DNA from: Thermoplasmata archaeon
Lineage (GTDB): Archaea > Thermoplasmatota > Thermoplasmata > GCA-020350865
Length of the DNA stretch: 64,000 nucleotides
Direction: 5' to 3'
Assembly: GCA_020348445.1 (NCBI GenBank)
Contig: CP070751.1
Span: 420,494 to 484,493, forward strand
Positions within the stretch are counted from its first letter, which is position 1. Each line of letters starts with the position of its first letter. The translations under genes and the position numbers were made by a program. This document shows positions 1 to 10,295 of the stretch, in pieces. The notes beneath the pieces are model-generated. The model was not told the origin of the DNA. It made no database searches and saw only the letters and a program-made list of their open reading frames with translations.

Positions 1-2588
1 GAATTGGTTCCATCGCCGAAATCGAAGAAGTACTGTAATGCCCCCTCTCCAGTGGACAAAGAGCCATCGAATTCCAGGACATCCCCGATTTTGACCGTGT
101 CATCCGAGACTTCAAGAACCGCAATTGGTGGGATACCAATTGTCCCATATATGAAATTGTAACCTCCAAAGGAGCCTAAGATCTCATTGCCTATTAGCAC
201 ATCCACATCTGCAACATGAAGTAACTTTATAGTTGCAGTAACCTCGGCCCTCTGCCAGATTTCTTGATAATCCCCAGTAGTATGTTCATAAACGAAAATT
301 CCCAATTCGCCAAATATCAAAAGCTCGTCTCCTCCCACTGGAATGTTCGCGCTCGCAAAGCACTCGTCTATGAAGGTTATATAATCCCCTGTGCTCCATT
401 CCCGTGTGTAAACAGTGGTTTCGTCGCCACTGTTGTTGCCGATTACCTCCAAGAGGCCTGTGAATGCCCCTTTTGTGATCATCTCCAGCTTGCCGTCGTT
501 ATCCACATCCCTTACATCCAATGCATAATTCTCTGAATCGATTGGGATCGTGTCAGTTTCAATGAATGTGGCTCCGTTGTATTCGAACAACCTCAGAAGA
601 TTTGTCCCAATATCTGAATCGTAATCCTCGCAAATTATCTCTTTATGCCCGTCATCATCCACATCTCCAACTGCCACACCCATGATCCAATTGTAAAAGA
701 AACCGCTTTCCCAGACCACAGAATATCCCGGATCATTGAACTGAATCACCCGCATTTGCCCAACAAAAGGGTCATTGTTTGGCTCGTCAAAACCTGTTCC
801 CGCCAGTACGATCTCTGGGATATCATCCTCGTCTATATCACCCACTTCAATACAAAAGGTACTGCCTGTTTCCACACGGAGTTGGCTCTCTAAAACATAA
901 TCTGGATCAGAGTACCCCACGATATAGAGATCACAAGCATAGTTTCCCCCTCTGAAGATGAAGTTACTTGTCCAGAACATACTTGTATTTCCTTCCACAA
1001 CAATTATCTCCTCTTCACCATCATCGTCTACATCTGCAACAGCGAGATGGGTGATGGTCTTGGTCGAAACCTTGATTGAATTCTCAATTACCAAGGTATC
1101 GCCAATAAGATTGGTGACAAGGACACTTCCGTTTCCCATTCCCATATAAATCTCGTTCACACCATCTTCATCCAAATCCGCGGAACTGATACTTTCTACG
1201 GCCCCTACATTAACGCTCTGGGACATGATAAAGTAAGTATCACCGTCATATGAATGCACATAGAACTTGTAATTTGTGCCGCAGAGAACCTCTTCTGTAG
1301 CTCCATCCAAATCAATATCTCCGCTTCCCATACCGTATACGAATGAGTCCAGGCCAAGGCTCTTGAAAACTTCCTGGTACTGACCTGGGAAGTAATGAAA
1401 AACAGAGATATTATTCCAGCTGCCAATTATGATAGAATCGAATTCGGCGTCGTCGATTCTCGCCACTGTAAGTGCGTATGTCGCCTCACCATCGCTTACC
1501 CATTGGGATATGTACGCAAAACTGAAGTAACTATAGACATGAATCTCTCCAAAGTAGAGGCCGATTACTATCTCCAGATCAGCATCCAAATCGGTATTAC
1601 CTATATCCATTCCAATTATCCACTCCCCAAAATCATCACTCTGCCATTCCAGGGAACCGGAACCATGGGTGTAGCCAAAGACATAGAACCTACCTCCGAA
1701 CTGGCCGCTGGGTCTGGGATTGGGGGGAATGGGATTTACAGGGGGATCATTTTGGAGGATCTCGTTCTCGTACGATGCAAACACGATCTCTTTAGCCCCG
1801 TCATCATCCACATCTCCCACCTCTACATTGAACAATCCTAGGTATCCCAGTGTGGTGGGTAAAGCAAAAGTCCATTCTTCAATATATGAAGAGCCATCCC
1901 AGGAGTAAATGAAGATATTATCATCCAGGATTTCTGTATAACTGGCTCCTGCTATTATCTCTATTGCCCCGTCCTCATCAACATCGTCGGTTGTGAGGCC
2001 GTACAAATCATTACCAAGATCAGGGCTGGTCCATTCCAGAACGTAAGTTGTTCCATTGTGACCGTAAATATTCATGAATCCCTCCTGATCTCCCACGATG
2101 ATTTCCATTGTTCCATCTAAATCAACATCATCAAGGGAAAGGCCGTAGGCAAAGGTACCAATATCGACCTTCCATTCTTCAATGTAACCTGTGTCTGATT
2201 TGCCGGTGACGTAAACAAGACCCTCGTAGTTGCTGAATACGATTTCCTGCTCTCCGTCGTTATCCACATCCGCGGATTTTATTGAGTTCATATAACCGAT
2301 TATGGATCCAAATCCGTCAAACCATTTCAAATCCAAATCGAGCTCTTCCCCTGCTCTGGTTGATCTTGCAGAAGGTTTAAACTCGGCAGGATTGGCATGC
2401 TCAACTATCGGAATGTCTTGATCGGGATCGGGTTGTAAAGATGGATTTTCAAACGTGAAATCATAGGATGCAATCTGTTGGCTGAAAAGGAACATCCCTG
2501 GATATAATGGAGAAAGGACCATCAAGGCTAGGGCAATTGGTAATGCCACATTCTTGATATTATTCAAATTAATATTTTCTTTGTTCAT
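1..2588 (-). CDS. Secreted FG-GAP repeat (beta-propeller) protein with PKD domain; runs off the left edge
   Basis: Not in the ORF track because it has no stop in the window. My translation from ATG 2588 (GGTGGA RBS upstream) gives MNKENINLNNIKNVALPIALALMVLSPLYPG..., then DVDNDGEQEIVF-type repeats. A PKD motif YFFDFGDGTN is in the same frame at bases 3-35. Confidence 0.85.
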   Translation of the reverse strand, partial: MNKENINLNNIKNVALPIALALMVLSPLYPGMFLFSQQIASYDFTFENPSLQPDPDQDIPIVEHANPAEFKPSARSTRAGEELDLDLKWFDGFGSIIGYMNSIKSADVDNDGEQEIVFSNYEGLVYVTGKSDTGYIEEWKVDIGTFAYGLSLDDVDLDGTMEIIVGDQEGFMNIYGHNGTTYVLEWTSPDLGNDLYGLTTDDVDEDGAIEIIAGASYTEILDDNIFIYSWDGSSYIEEWTFALPTTLGYLGLFNVEVGDVDDDGAKEIVFASYENEILQNDPPVNPIPPNPRPSGQFGGRFYVFGYTHGSGSLEWQSDDFGEWIIGMDIGNTDLDADLEIVIGLYFGEIHVYSYFSFAYISQWVSDGEATYALTVARIDDAEFDSIIIGSWNNISVFHYFPGQYQEVFKSLGLDSFVYGMGSGDIDLDGATEEVLCGTNYKFYVHSYDGDTYFIMSQSVNVGAVESISSADLDEDGVNEIYMGMGNGSVLVTNLIGDTLVIENSIKVSTKTITHLAVADVDDDGEEEIIVVEGNTSMFWTSNFIFRGGNYACDLYIVGYSDPDYVLESQLRVETGSTFCIEVGDIDEDDIPEIVLAGTGFDEPNNDPFVGQMRVIQFNDPGYSVVWESGFFYNWIMGVAVGDVDDDGHKEIICEDYDSDIGTNLLRLFEYNGATFIETDTIPIDSENYALDVRDVDNDGKLEMITKGAFTGLLEVIGNNSGDETTVYTREWSTGDYITFIDECFASANIPVGGDELLIFGELGIFVYEHTTGDYQEIWQRAEVTATIKLLHVADVDVLIGNEILGSFGGYNFIYGTIGIPPIAVLEVSDDTVKIGDVLEFDGSLSTGEGALQYFFDFGDGTN

Positions 2589-3007
2589 TATATCCACCGT
2601 CACGAATTTATAAAGAGCAACTTCCTAGGTTTCGCCCTTCAATTAACTTAATGTACTTAATTGTATAAAGGTTTATAGGAAGTGCAATGTGGCTCTTCGA
2701 AAATTATAGAAAAAAAACGGAAAAACTTGACCCCCAACTCCCCTCAGGAGGAAAAATTTTCGGGTCAGATAGCCGCGTTTGTGCGAGGAAGGGTCGGGAA
2801 ATTGGGGGCCAGTTAGCGTAATTTATTATGATTTCATATTTTCTATTTCTTTTTTCTATTGGTACCCACGGGATTTGCAGTGGGAAAGATTCGGGTTTGG
2901 ATAAGGTCCTGAATGCTCTCAAGTTGATCCTCGATTCTTCCTAGTCGACAGTTCATACAGTTACAGCCCTTAAGTGGTTCTGAATTGTTTTTCGTCGTAG
3001 TCTCACC

Positions 3008-3172
3008 TCATAACGCCTCTATACCAGTTGGCTGTTGTTTTGAGTAGACTCCCATGGTCCTTACCCTGCCCATGAATCGGGATAGTTTATCCCAGATTAT
3101 GGTGTCCTCTGGGATGTCCTCTACGATTGGGAGTAGGCCGTTCCATCTGATTATCATTTTACCATCTTTCAT
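3008..3172 (-). CDS. Small hypothetical protein (54 aa)
   Basis: Manual translation MKDGKMIIRWNGLLPIVEDIPEDTIIWDKLSRFMGRVRTMGVYSKQQPTGIEAL*, with purine-rich GAAGGTAAGGAAC before the ATG. No family recognised. Confidence 0.4.
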   Translation of the reverse strand: MKDGKMIIRWNGLLPIVEDIPEDTIIWDKLSRFMGRVRTMGVYSKQQPTGIEAL

Positions 3173-3291
3173 GTTCCTTACCTTCTACCCGAAACTTTGT
3201 CTTTGTTAATATGAAAGGGTAACCATACATTAAAACTTGTTGTAAATAATATGCAAAGATAGGGGAAGATAGGAGCAGAATGCCCACAAAA

Positions 3292-6200
3292 TCATAGGAT
3301 TTCTTTGCCTTTTTCTGTCAAAACTAGGTATTTGAATCTACCGCTTTTCCTCTCCATTATCAGGCCTTTGTCCACAAGTTCCCTTATTCTTTTTCTTGCC
3401 GTTGTCCTTGAGATTCTAAACCCGTCACCCACATGCTTGTAAGATGGGCTTTCACCCACCATATTTCGCTTGTTCACGAACTCCAGAAGATCGAGAAGAT
3501 CTGCTGATAATCTTTCCTCGAGTTTCTTCTCTAAAACAGAGGATTCTTTTTCGAGGAGGCTCAATTCTTGGGGATTCAATGTACCCGGATCAAGGGAGAT
3601 GATCAAGGTGGCCTTACGATCATAGAATATCTCGTTCAGATGCTGGACAAAATTCAAAGCCTCTTTGAAGCTGTTTTGGGTAACCAGATAATCGAAGCGA
3701 TCAAGAAGCACGAAGGTGGTTCTGTCTATGTTATCATCGATTATCTTCTCTAAAAGAGGAAACTCTGGTTTGACGGAGGCCTTGTCCTTGGGATTCTTTG
3801 TCATCCAGAAGATGGGAATATTCAAATCGATTTCCCTTTTTATCTTCTCGGGGTGCTCCCTTGTGATTATGAGCCCCTTGAAGTGATTCTTGTAAAGCTC
3901 GAAAACCACATCTTTTCCCCTTTCAAGCTCCTTTTCCTTTATCAGATAGGTCGAGCCTTTTTTGATCTTGTATTTCATCAACTCTTCCCTTGCGATCTCC
4001 TCTCTCTTTCTTTCCGAGATATCTGTTATCACAGCCAGAACACCCCTAAAGACCCCGTCCTTCATCTGGGGCGAAGCAGAGATCAGAACCGGAAGCTCTG
4101 TTCTGTTTTTCTTGAGTAAAACGGCCTCGAACCTGTCCTGCTCTCCCCTGAGGTTTTCTGCAAAACAGTCCCTCATACGTCTGTGAAAATCAGTAGCCAG
4201 TATGTCCTCCCAGTGATTACCTATGAGTTTCGCGCTTTTGTACCCAAGCACCTTTTCCACCTTGGGATTTATGAAGCTAACTGTACCTTCTTCATCCAGG
4301 ATCATGATGCCCTCTGCCATGGACTGCACAATGGATTCGTTGAACTCCTTTAGCTCTCTTACCTCCTCCTCGGCCTTCTTTCTCTGTGTGATGTCATGGG
4401 ATATGATTTGAACTCCTATGACATTGCCACTGGCATCTCTCATGGGATGGTAATGCGACCTATACCATCCTATTCCAGTGGGAAGCTCCACAATATCTTC
4501 ATGTTCTTCACTTCCCAGGGACTCAGCTACCCGACGAATCCTCTTCAGGCTGGTATCTGCAAGATCCCGTTGGAACATATCACTTATGTGCTTTCCTAAA
4601 AAGTCGTCGGGTACACCTCCAAGCCCCTCTGCTGCATTGTGATTCATGGCAAGGATAAAACCTTCTGGACTAAAGTAGGTGATAATATCACCTGATTGGT
4701 CGAGCAACATCCTGTATTTTTGTTCACTTTCTCGCAGTGCCTCCTCGGACCGAATTCGTTCAAATGCATTTGTAAATATTTCTGAGACCATGTGCAAAAT
4801 CGATATGATATCGTCAGGCCAGCTTCTTTTTTTTCGAATGGAATCGAAGCCAACAAATCCGTACAAGGAACTCTCAATCACGATGGGAACAGCTAAAAGT
4901 GATTTGATTTTTGTCTTCTTAAGAAATTTTTTATAGTAACTGGCATCTTTTGGAAGCTCCTCGACATTTGGGACGTCCATGGGAAACAGTTTTTTTAACC
5001 TATCTATTCCCCATGAGAAGGATTCCACATCCAGGTTCTGCAGCTGATCCTTAAGGGATTTTATACCATCAGCACACCACTCGTGGGTATTGCTGAATTT
5101 CTTGCCCTCATCATGCAATAGAAAAACAAAACTGCGATCCACATCTGCAAAACTTCCAATTTCTTTTAAGGCCATGTTAATTCCGTCGTCGATTTCCTCG
5201 GTTTTTAAGTATATGAAATGAGTGGAGAAAGTTGTGATAAGCTCCTCGAAGGCCAATCTATACCTTAGATCTTCTGTGGCCTTCTTGCGGTCTGTAATGT
5301 CCCTTGTTGTTGCAATGAAACCCTTTGGTTTTCCAAAGGCATCCTTGATTACAGCTGCACTCAGCTCACCTGTATAGGTGGTTCCATCCTTTCTTAGCAT
5401 TGTGTATTCGGCATTTTTTAAAACTCCTTGTTTTATGGTTTTTCGTAGATTTTTAAGTGCTCTGTTTTTGTCCTCTTCTGCAATGAAATCAAAGGCATTT
5501 TTACCAATCACTTCCTTGGCTTTTTTAAAACCAGAGAGTTCAAGTGTTTCGTCTGATACAAAGGTAATCTGTCCTTCCAAGTCTGTAACTGTTATGGGAT
5601 CTGGTGATGTTTTGATCAGTGACCTGTACATTTCCTCGCTCTCTTTTAATGCCTCCTCCACTTTCTTTCTCTCAGTAATATCGCGAACAATACCCTGGAT
5701 AACTTTCTTTTCGCCTATCTCAAAAAGGCTTGACGAAACCTCGGCAGGAAAGATATCACCATTTTTCTTCTTAAAATTGATTTCAAAGTTCACAAATCCT
5801 TTCTTTGATATTGTTTTGAAGGCCTTCTCTGATTTTTTTAACTCACTGGGTGGATGTAGTTTTGGTATTTTGAGTTTTAAAATCTCCTTTCTCGAATATC
5901 CAAAAATATCTAAAACCCTCTGGTTGGCATCGACAATGTTGCCTTTTACATCATGTAAAATGATGGCATCGTTGGATTGATGAAAGAGATTGCTGAATTT
6001 TTCCTCACTTTCTTTGAGCTTCTCCTCGGCTATCCTACGTTCAGAAAGGTTCCTTGAAATGCCTAAAAATGCCTTTGGTTCTCCCTTTTCGTCATAGACC
6101 AAGGATGCATTGAACTCAACTGGTATTAAACTTCCATCCTTTTTCACAAAATTGAACTCCACATTATTGACCTTCCCTTTTTCAATCATCTCACCAACAT

Positions 6201-7239
6201 TTTCCATTATCCGGGGTTGATCCTCCTGAGCCATCAAATCAAAGGCACTCATACCAATAAGTTCCTCAGGACTATCATAACCCATATCCTTGGCACCCTT
6301 GGGGTTGGTCATAATTATGTTTGTATCCAAATCTGTGAGAACTATTCCGTCGGGGGAGGTTTCCACAAGTGTGCGGTAAAGTTCCTCCCTTTCCAAAAGG
6401 GCTTTTTCAGCCTCTTTTCGCTCTGTTATATCCCTTGCAGTTGCCACAATGCTTTGAACTTTTCCTTCTTCCTTTTTTAATGATACCTGCACCTCCACAG
6501 GAATTATTTTGCCGTTTTTATGAATAAGCTCTATTTCGTACAATTTTGGTACCTTTTTTCCAGCCATCCTATCCTTGAATATTTTTGCAGAGACCTTTTT
6601 GGACTTAGGTGTTAGAAAGTCATAAAAACTGTCAGCTGTTAAAATCTCCTCCTTTGTATAGCCTGTAAAATCCTTTATATTACCACCTATAAAGGATGGA
6701 TTCATTTTGGTGTCGTACTCAACTATCACATCCCTGCTTACAGATAGCAACTCCCCTAGTCTTCTTTCATATCCTTTTATCTCTTCCTCAAGCTTTTTCT
6801 CTCTTGTGATGTTTCTTGAGTACTCAACCACACTTTTAACTTCCCCTTTGTCGTCGTATATGGGGTAAAAATAGATTTCCCAATAGAGCTCGTTTTTATG
6901 ATGATCCTCTGTTGAAAAAATCGTATGCTCGGGTTTTCCAGTCTCGAATACGTCTTTTGTGGGACAATCCTTGCATCTGGTTTTCTTGTCGCGAAAAGCC
7001 TTGTGACATTTTTTTCCTATTATTTCTTTTGGCCCCTTGTACCCATAGAAGTGTGCAAGGCTTTGATTTATATATATGATATTATAGTTTTTGTCAATAA
7101 CAGTGATCCCATCAGTTATTGCATTGAATACAGATTCAAGAAACTCCTTTGTCTCTGGCTCCTTCATTTTCGTATCCTTTTCCTTCTTCGATACCTTTTT
7201 TTTACCCTGCCCCACGGACTTTTTGGTCTTTGCCATCAT
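3292..7239 (-). CDS. Multi-sensor protein: 7 PAS + GAF + DUF835-like domain + C-terminal winged HTH
   Basis: Seven PAS/PAC units (RDITERK-type ends) and one GAF (FEELITTFSTHF...GFVGFD). DUF835-like region (TYLIKE...LIITREHP...LLDRFDYL) followed by an HTH (ISRTTARKRIRELVDKGLI). No His-kinase box. Confidence 0.88.
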   Translation of the reverse strand: MMAKTKKSVGQGKKKVSKKEKDTKMKEPETKEFLESVFNAITDGITVIDKNYNIIYINQSLAHFYGYKGPKEIIGKKCHKAFRDKKTRCKDCPTKDVFETGKPEHTIFSTEDHHKNELYWEIYFYPIYDDKGEVKSVVEYSRNITREKKLEEEIKGYERRLGELLSVSRDVIVEYDTKMNPSFIGGNIKDFTGYTKEEILTADSFYDFLTPKSKKVSAKIFKDRMAGKKVPKLYEIELIHKNGKIIPVEVQVSLKKEEGKVQSIVATARDITERKEAEKALLEREELYRTLVETSPDGIVLTDLDTNIIMTNPKGAKDMGYDSPEELIGMSAFDLMAQEDQPRIMENVGEMIEKGKVNNVEFNFVKKDGSLIPVEFNASLVYDEKGEPKAFLGISRNLSERRIAEEKLKESEEKFSNLFHQSNDAIILHDVKGNIVDANQRVLDIFGYSRKEILKLKIPKLHPPSELKKSEKAFKTISKKGFVNFEINFKKKNGDIFPAEVSSSLFEIGEKKVIQGIVRDITERKKVEEALKESEEMYRSLIKTSPDPITVTDLEGQITFVSDETLELSGFKKAKEVIGKNAFDFIAEEDKNRALKNLRKTIKQGVLKNAEYTMLRKDGTTYTGELSAAVIKDAFGKPKGFIATTRDITDRKKATEDLRYRLAFEELITTFSTHFIYLKTEEIDDGINMALKEIGSFADVDRSFVFLLHDEGKKFSNTHEWCADGIKSLKDQLQNLDVESFSWGIDRLKKLFPMDVPNVEELPKDASYYKKFLKKTKIKSLLAVPIVIESSLYGFVGFDSIRKKRSWPDDIISILHMVSEIFTNAFERIRSEEALRESEQKYRMLLDQSGDIITYFSPEGFILAMNHNAAEGLGGVPDDFLGKHISDMFQRDLADTSLKRIRRVAESLGSEEHEDIVELPTGIGWYRSHYHPMRDASGNVIGVQIISHDITQRKKAEEEVRELKEFNESIVQSMAEGIMILDEEGTVSFINPKVEKVLGYKSAKLIGNHWEDILATDFHRRMRDCFAENLRGEQDRFEAVLLKKNRTELPVLISASPQMKDGVFRGVLAVITDISERKREEIAREELMKYKIKKGSTYLIKEKELERGKDVVFELYKNHFKGLIITREHPEKIKREIDLNIPIFWMTKNPKDKASVKPEFPLLEKIIDDNIDRTTFVLLDRFDYLVTQNSFKEALNFVQHLNEIFYDRKATLIISLDPGTLNPQELSLLEKESSVLEKKLEERLSADLLDLLEFVNKRNMVGESPSYKHVGDGFRISRTTARKRIRELVDKGLIMERKSGRFKYLVLTEKGKEIL

Positions 7240-7463
7240 ATTCCCCCCAGATGATTCCTATTTATATATGGTTAGATATGGTTAACCATATACTTACACT
7301 GTCTGGCTCTTTGAATTTTAATGATAGGGTTAGGTAATATTGCACCTCTCATATATATCTTTATGGTTTTAGGATCAAAAGGAGTTTATCATGACCCCTT
7401 TTTTGCCAGTGGAAAACCTTGGTTTTGGGCCCCATATCACCAAAAATACGGGATTTTGCACTA

Positions 7464-9806
7464 TCATGCAATATAAACTATCACTATATTGATACCACTG
7501 TCATCATCTTCAACAGATAGGGTTAATGACCCAGGTCCCTCATATGTTAGGATCGTTGTATCATAAATGTCCCTTGGATTTACATCTGGGGAAGGATATG
7601 GATCAGGAGTTGGTGGATTATTTAGGTATTCCACAGAGGCAGCCTGGGAACCATAGGTGTAGGTAAGTGCCTCGTCGTCGCTTCCAGGATCTGTGATATG
7701 GGAGGTCACTTCAAAGGAATGCCCTACAAAATATGCGTTCAAATCCACCTCCCAGGGCTCCACATGATTTGGATGGTCGCTGTCCCTTTTCTTGGACTGC
7801 TGCGTGTTGAAGGTATGATGTATCCTCTCCTCGGAGCCGTCCTCAAACCTTAGTATGATCCAAACTGGGTTTCCTGCGTTGTTTTGCTTGTCTTTACCGT
7901 TGTTTGGCTGGTCACCTTCGATCTCGTCGCCAACATCTGGATAAGGATCGTAGGTCACGATGGCGGAATAGCTCTTTGACAGATCAAGGGTTGTGGGAAG
8001 TAGGGGATCCTCATAGGTAGGATTGTCATCTGGGCTGCCTGGCCATCTTTCCACTTCGAGATAGCCTGCATGATTTTCGTCCGCATAAAGTGTCAGGCCC
8101 ACATTGCTCCATTTTGAGCCCGCCACTCTCAATCCGATTTTTACATCCATTGTTACCGACTCGATTTCCACTGTTGGATCGACATTTAGGACCGTTATAT
8201 TGCATGTGTCTGTATCAGATAATCCCTGTTCGTCTGTTACAGTCAAGGTCACTATGAAAATCCCGTCATCACCATATATATGGGTGGATCTGGGCCCTGT
8301 TGCGTCAATATCATCTTGTGGGTCTCCATCTCCATTGGAATCAATTTCTGCATCAAAATCCCATTCATAGGCTCCTATGGGGCCATCAGGATCGTAACTT
8401 CCTGTTCCATCGAACTTTACCTCATCCCCTTCATATACAATCTGATTTTCACCAGCATGGGCAATTGGGGGTTTGTACCTATTCTCTAAAACATAAAGAT
8501 AATTATCATGGCAACCAAATATCACCTCTGCGAGGCCGTCCTGCTCTATATCTGCTATGCACGGCTGGCCCCATATATGACCCGTGGTCTCAAAGGTCCA
8601 TTCTATGGCTCCATCCAGGGTGCTCAGACAGTACAGATTTGGATATGCACCGCATATGACCTCGATTACACCATCCCCGTCTATATCTGCCGTGACCAAA
8701 GGCGCCTGTGACCATGTGGAATTTGGTAAGACTGTTTCCCAGAGTATGGCTCCATTTGTACCCTTGTAGGCCACAATGGTGTGGTCATTTGAGTCCCCAC
8801 CTATAATATCCTCAAGGCCGTCAGAATCAATGTCCAATAATGTTGGCGAGGTATAGAAATAGGTGTGAGCGCTGCTTCGCCAAAGCTCTGAGCCGTTGTG
8901 GTAAAGCACCACTGCATCCCCCGAAGAGCCATTCCCACCGATGGTAAAGACTATGATCTCGTCAAAGGTATCGCCGTTAACATCTGCTAAAACAGGTGTG
9001 GCTTCCACCCCATATCCCACATCCTGCTCCCATTCAAGGGCTCCTGTTTTAGCATTATATGATCTTATAATTGCATGATTGTCTATGACAATCAATTCAA
9101 GCTCTCCATCCTTGTCAAGATCGCCTATGGGTGAGGATGCCCTAACAAAATGCTCGAATTCAAAAGAGCGCCATAAAATACTCCCGTCAGGGCCGTTGAG
9201 GGCATAAAAATACTCATCCTGGCTACCTAAAAGAACATCGTTAATCCCATCATCATTTATGTCCAAAAGGAGGGGTGAAGACTGAAAGCCCCTGAAAATC
9301 CCTCCTGATACATTGCTCTCAAACCGCCATATTTTGCTACCGTCCTCACCATTGAGCACATACAGATTTGGATCCCCAGTGTTGTCGAAATAACCCCCGA
9401 ACACGATCTCGTTTTTTCCGTCTCCATCAACGTCCCCTATACTGGGCGAGTTAACGATATCCCCAAGTGCTGAGAAGTTCCAGAGTTCGCTTCCAAATCT
9501 GTCAAGGGCATAGAGATGATCATCGTTCGAGCCAAAGACAACCTCATACTCACCGTCGTTGTTGATGTCCCCAACAGTGGGTGGTGATTTAACGGCAGCG
9601 CCTGTTAAAAAGGACCATTTCACGGCTGGCTCCACGATATTGCTGGTAAGGGGTGAGTTTCCCGTGCGTTTATCATCGTACCTGTACATCAACCAGTCAT
9701 CATCATTTGCGACTCCGCTTGTGGCCGAAACCAGGGTGGATAATATCAGAATTATCGATAAATATATTACTACATGGTTTTGTGTGGACTTTTCCATTAC
9801 TTTCAT
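7464..9806 (-). CDS. Secreted FG-GAP/PQQ-like beta-propeller protein with PKD and an unnamed C-terminal domain
   Basis: Signal-like N-terminus, repeated GDxDGDGxxE(I/V) motifs and a PKD motif (YEWDFDA...TLTVTDEQG). Start moved to ATG 9806 after the GGAGGGAGG RBS. Confidence 0.85.
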   Translation of the reverse strand: MKVMEKSTQNHVVIYLSIILILSTLVSATSGVANDDDWLMYRYDDKRTGNSPLTSNIVEPAVKWSFLTGAAVKSPPTVGDINNDGEYEVVFGSNDDHLYALDRFGSELWNFSALGDIVNSPSIGDVDGDGKNEIVFGGYFDNTGDPNLYVLNGEDGSKIWRFESNVSGGIFRGFQSSPLLLDINDDGINDVLLGSQDEYFYALNGPDGSILWRSFEFEHFVRASSPIGDLDKDGELELIVIDNHAIIRSYNAKTGALEWEQDVGYGVEATPVLADVNGDTFDEIIVFTIGGNGSSGDAVVLYHNGSELWRSSAHTYFYTSPTLLDIDSDGLEDIIGGDSNDHTIVAYKGTNGAILWETVLPNSTWSQAPLVTADIDGDGVIEVICGAYPNLYCLSTLDGAIEWTFETTGHIWGQPCIADIEQDGLAEVIFGCHDNYLYVLENRYKPPIAHAGENQIVYEGDEVKFDGTGSYDPDGPIGAYEWDFDAEIDSNGDGDPQDDIDATGPRSTHIYGDDGIFIVTLTVTDEQGLSDTDTCNITVLNVDPTVEIESVTMDVKIGLRVAGSKWSNVGLTLYADENHAGYLEVERWPGSPDDNPTYEDPLLPTTLDLSKSYSAIVTYDPYPDVGDEIEGDQPNNGKDKQNNAGNPVWIILRFEDGSEERIHHTFNTQQSKKRDSDHPNHVEPWEVDLNAYFVGHSFEVTSHITDPGSDDEALTYTYGSQAASVEYLNNPPTPDPYPSPDVNPRDIYDTTILTYEGPGSLTLSVEDDDSGINIVIVYIA

Positions 9807-9962
9807 GGAGTCCTCCCTCCCTAATTTGTTGATTTTCCTTGTATTTACGGAAAATATATGGTTTTTTGGCATATAAAACGGTTTTGGAAAACTGCAGCCT
9901 TTTTAAAGAATTGTTCATGTTTTGTTCATATTACCCGAATTTGAACGTTATTACCTCGAAAT

Positions 9963-10202
9963 TCAATCTGCAGCCACCAATGTGGTTGTACCTATCACAC
10001 CCTTTACCCCTCTTATGTTCTTCATGATGATATCTCTGAGTTTTGTGGTGTCCCTCTCCTCTATTACTATCACCATATCGTACTCCCCGTAAACAAAATG
10101 TATGCTCTGTATTCCCTCGATATCCTTTAGTTTGCTGTATGCTTCGTCCTCTTCGCCCACAGCTATCTTTACCAAAACAAAATTTGAGGATTTACCGTTC
10201 AT
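9963..10202 (-). CDS. Stand-alone Lrp/AsnC ligand-binding domain protein
   Basis: 79 aa with the VYGEYDMV motif and RAM-domain pattern; no HTH. Confidence 0.85.
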   Translation of the reverse strand: MNGKSSNFVLVKIAVGEEDEAYSKLKDIEGIQSIHFVYGEYDMVIVIEERDTTKLRDIIMKNIRGVKGVIGTTTLVAAD

Positions 10203-10295
10203 GGAATGTCACCTTGCACAAATAGGCCTTAAGGTATAAAAGACTTGTCGGTTTTTTTTAATCCGATTATAAAAGATATGTCTTATAAATGGATC

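Noticed and set aside
2700-2815. GC-rich intergenic stretch with possible hairpins (TGACCC/GGGTCA)
   Set aside because: Single copy, overlapping the 3' side of small ORFs, with no recognisable RNA family or covariation support.
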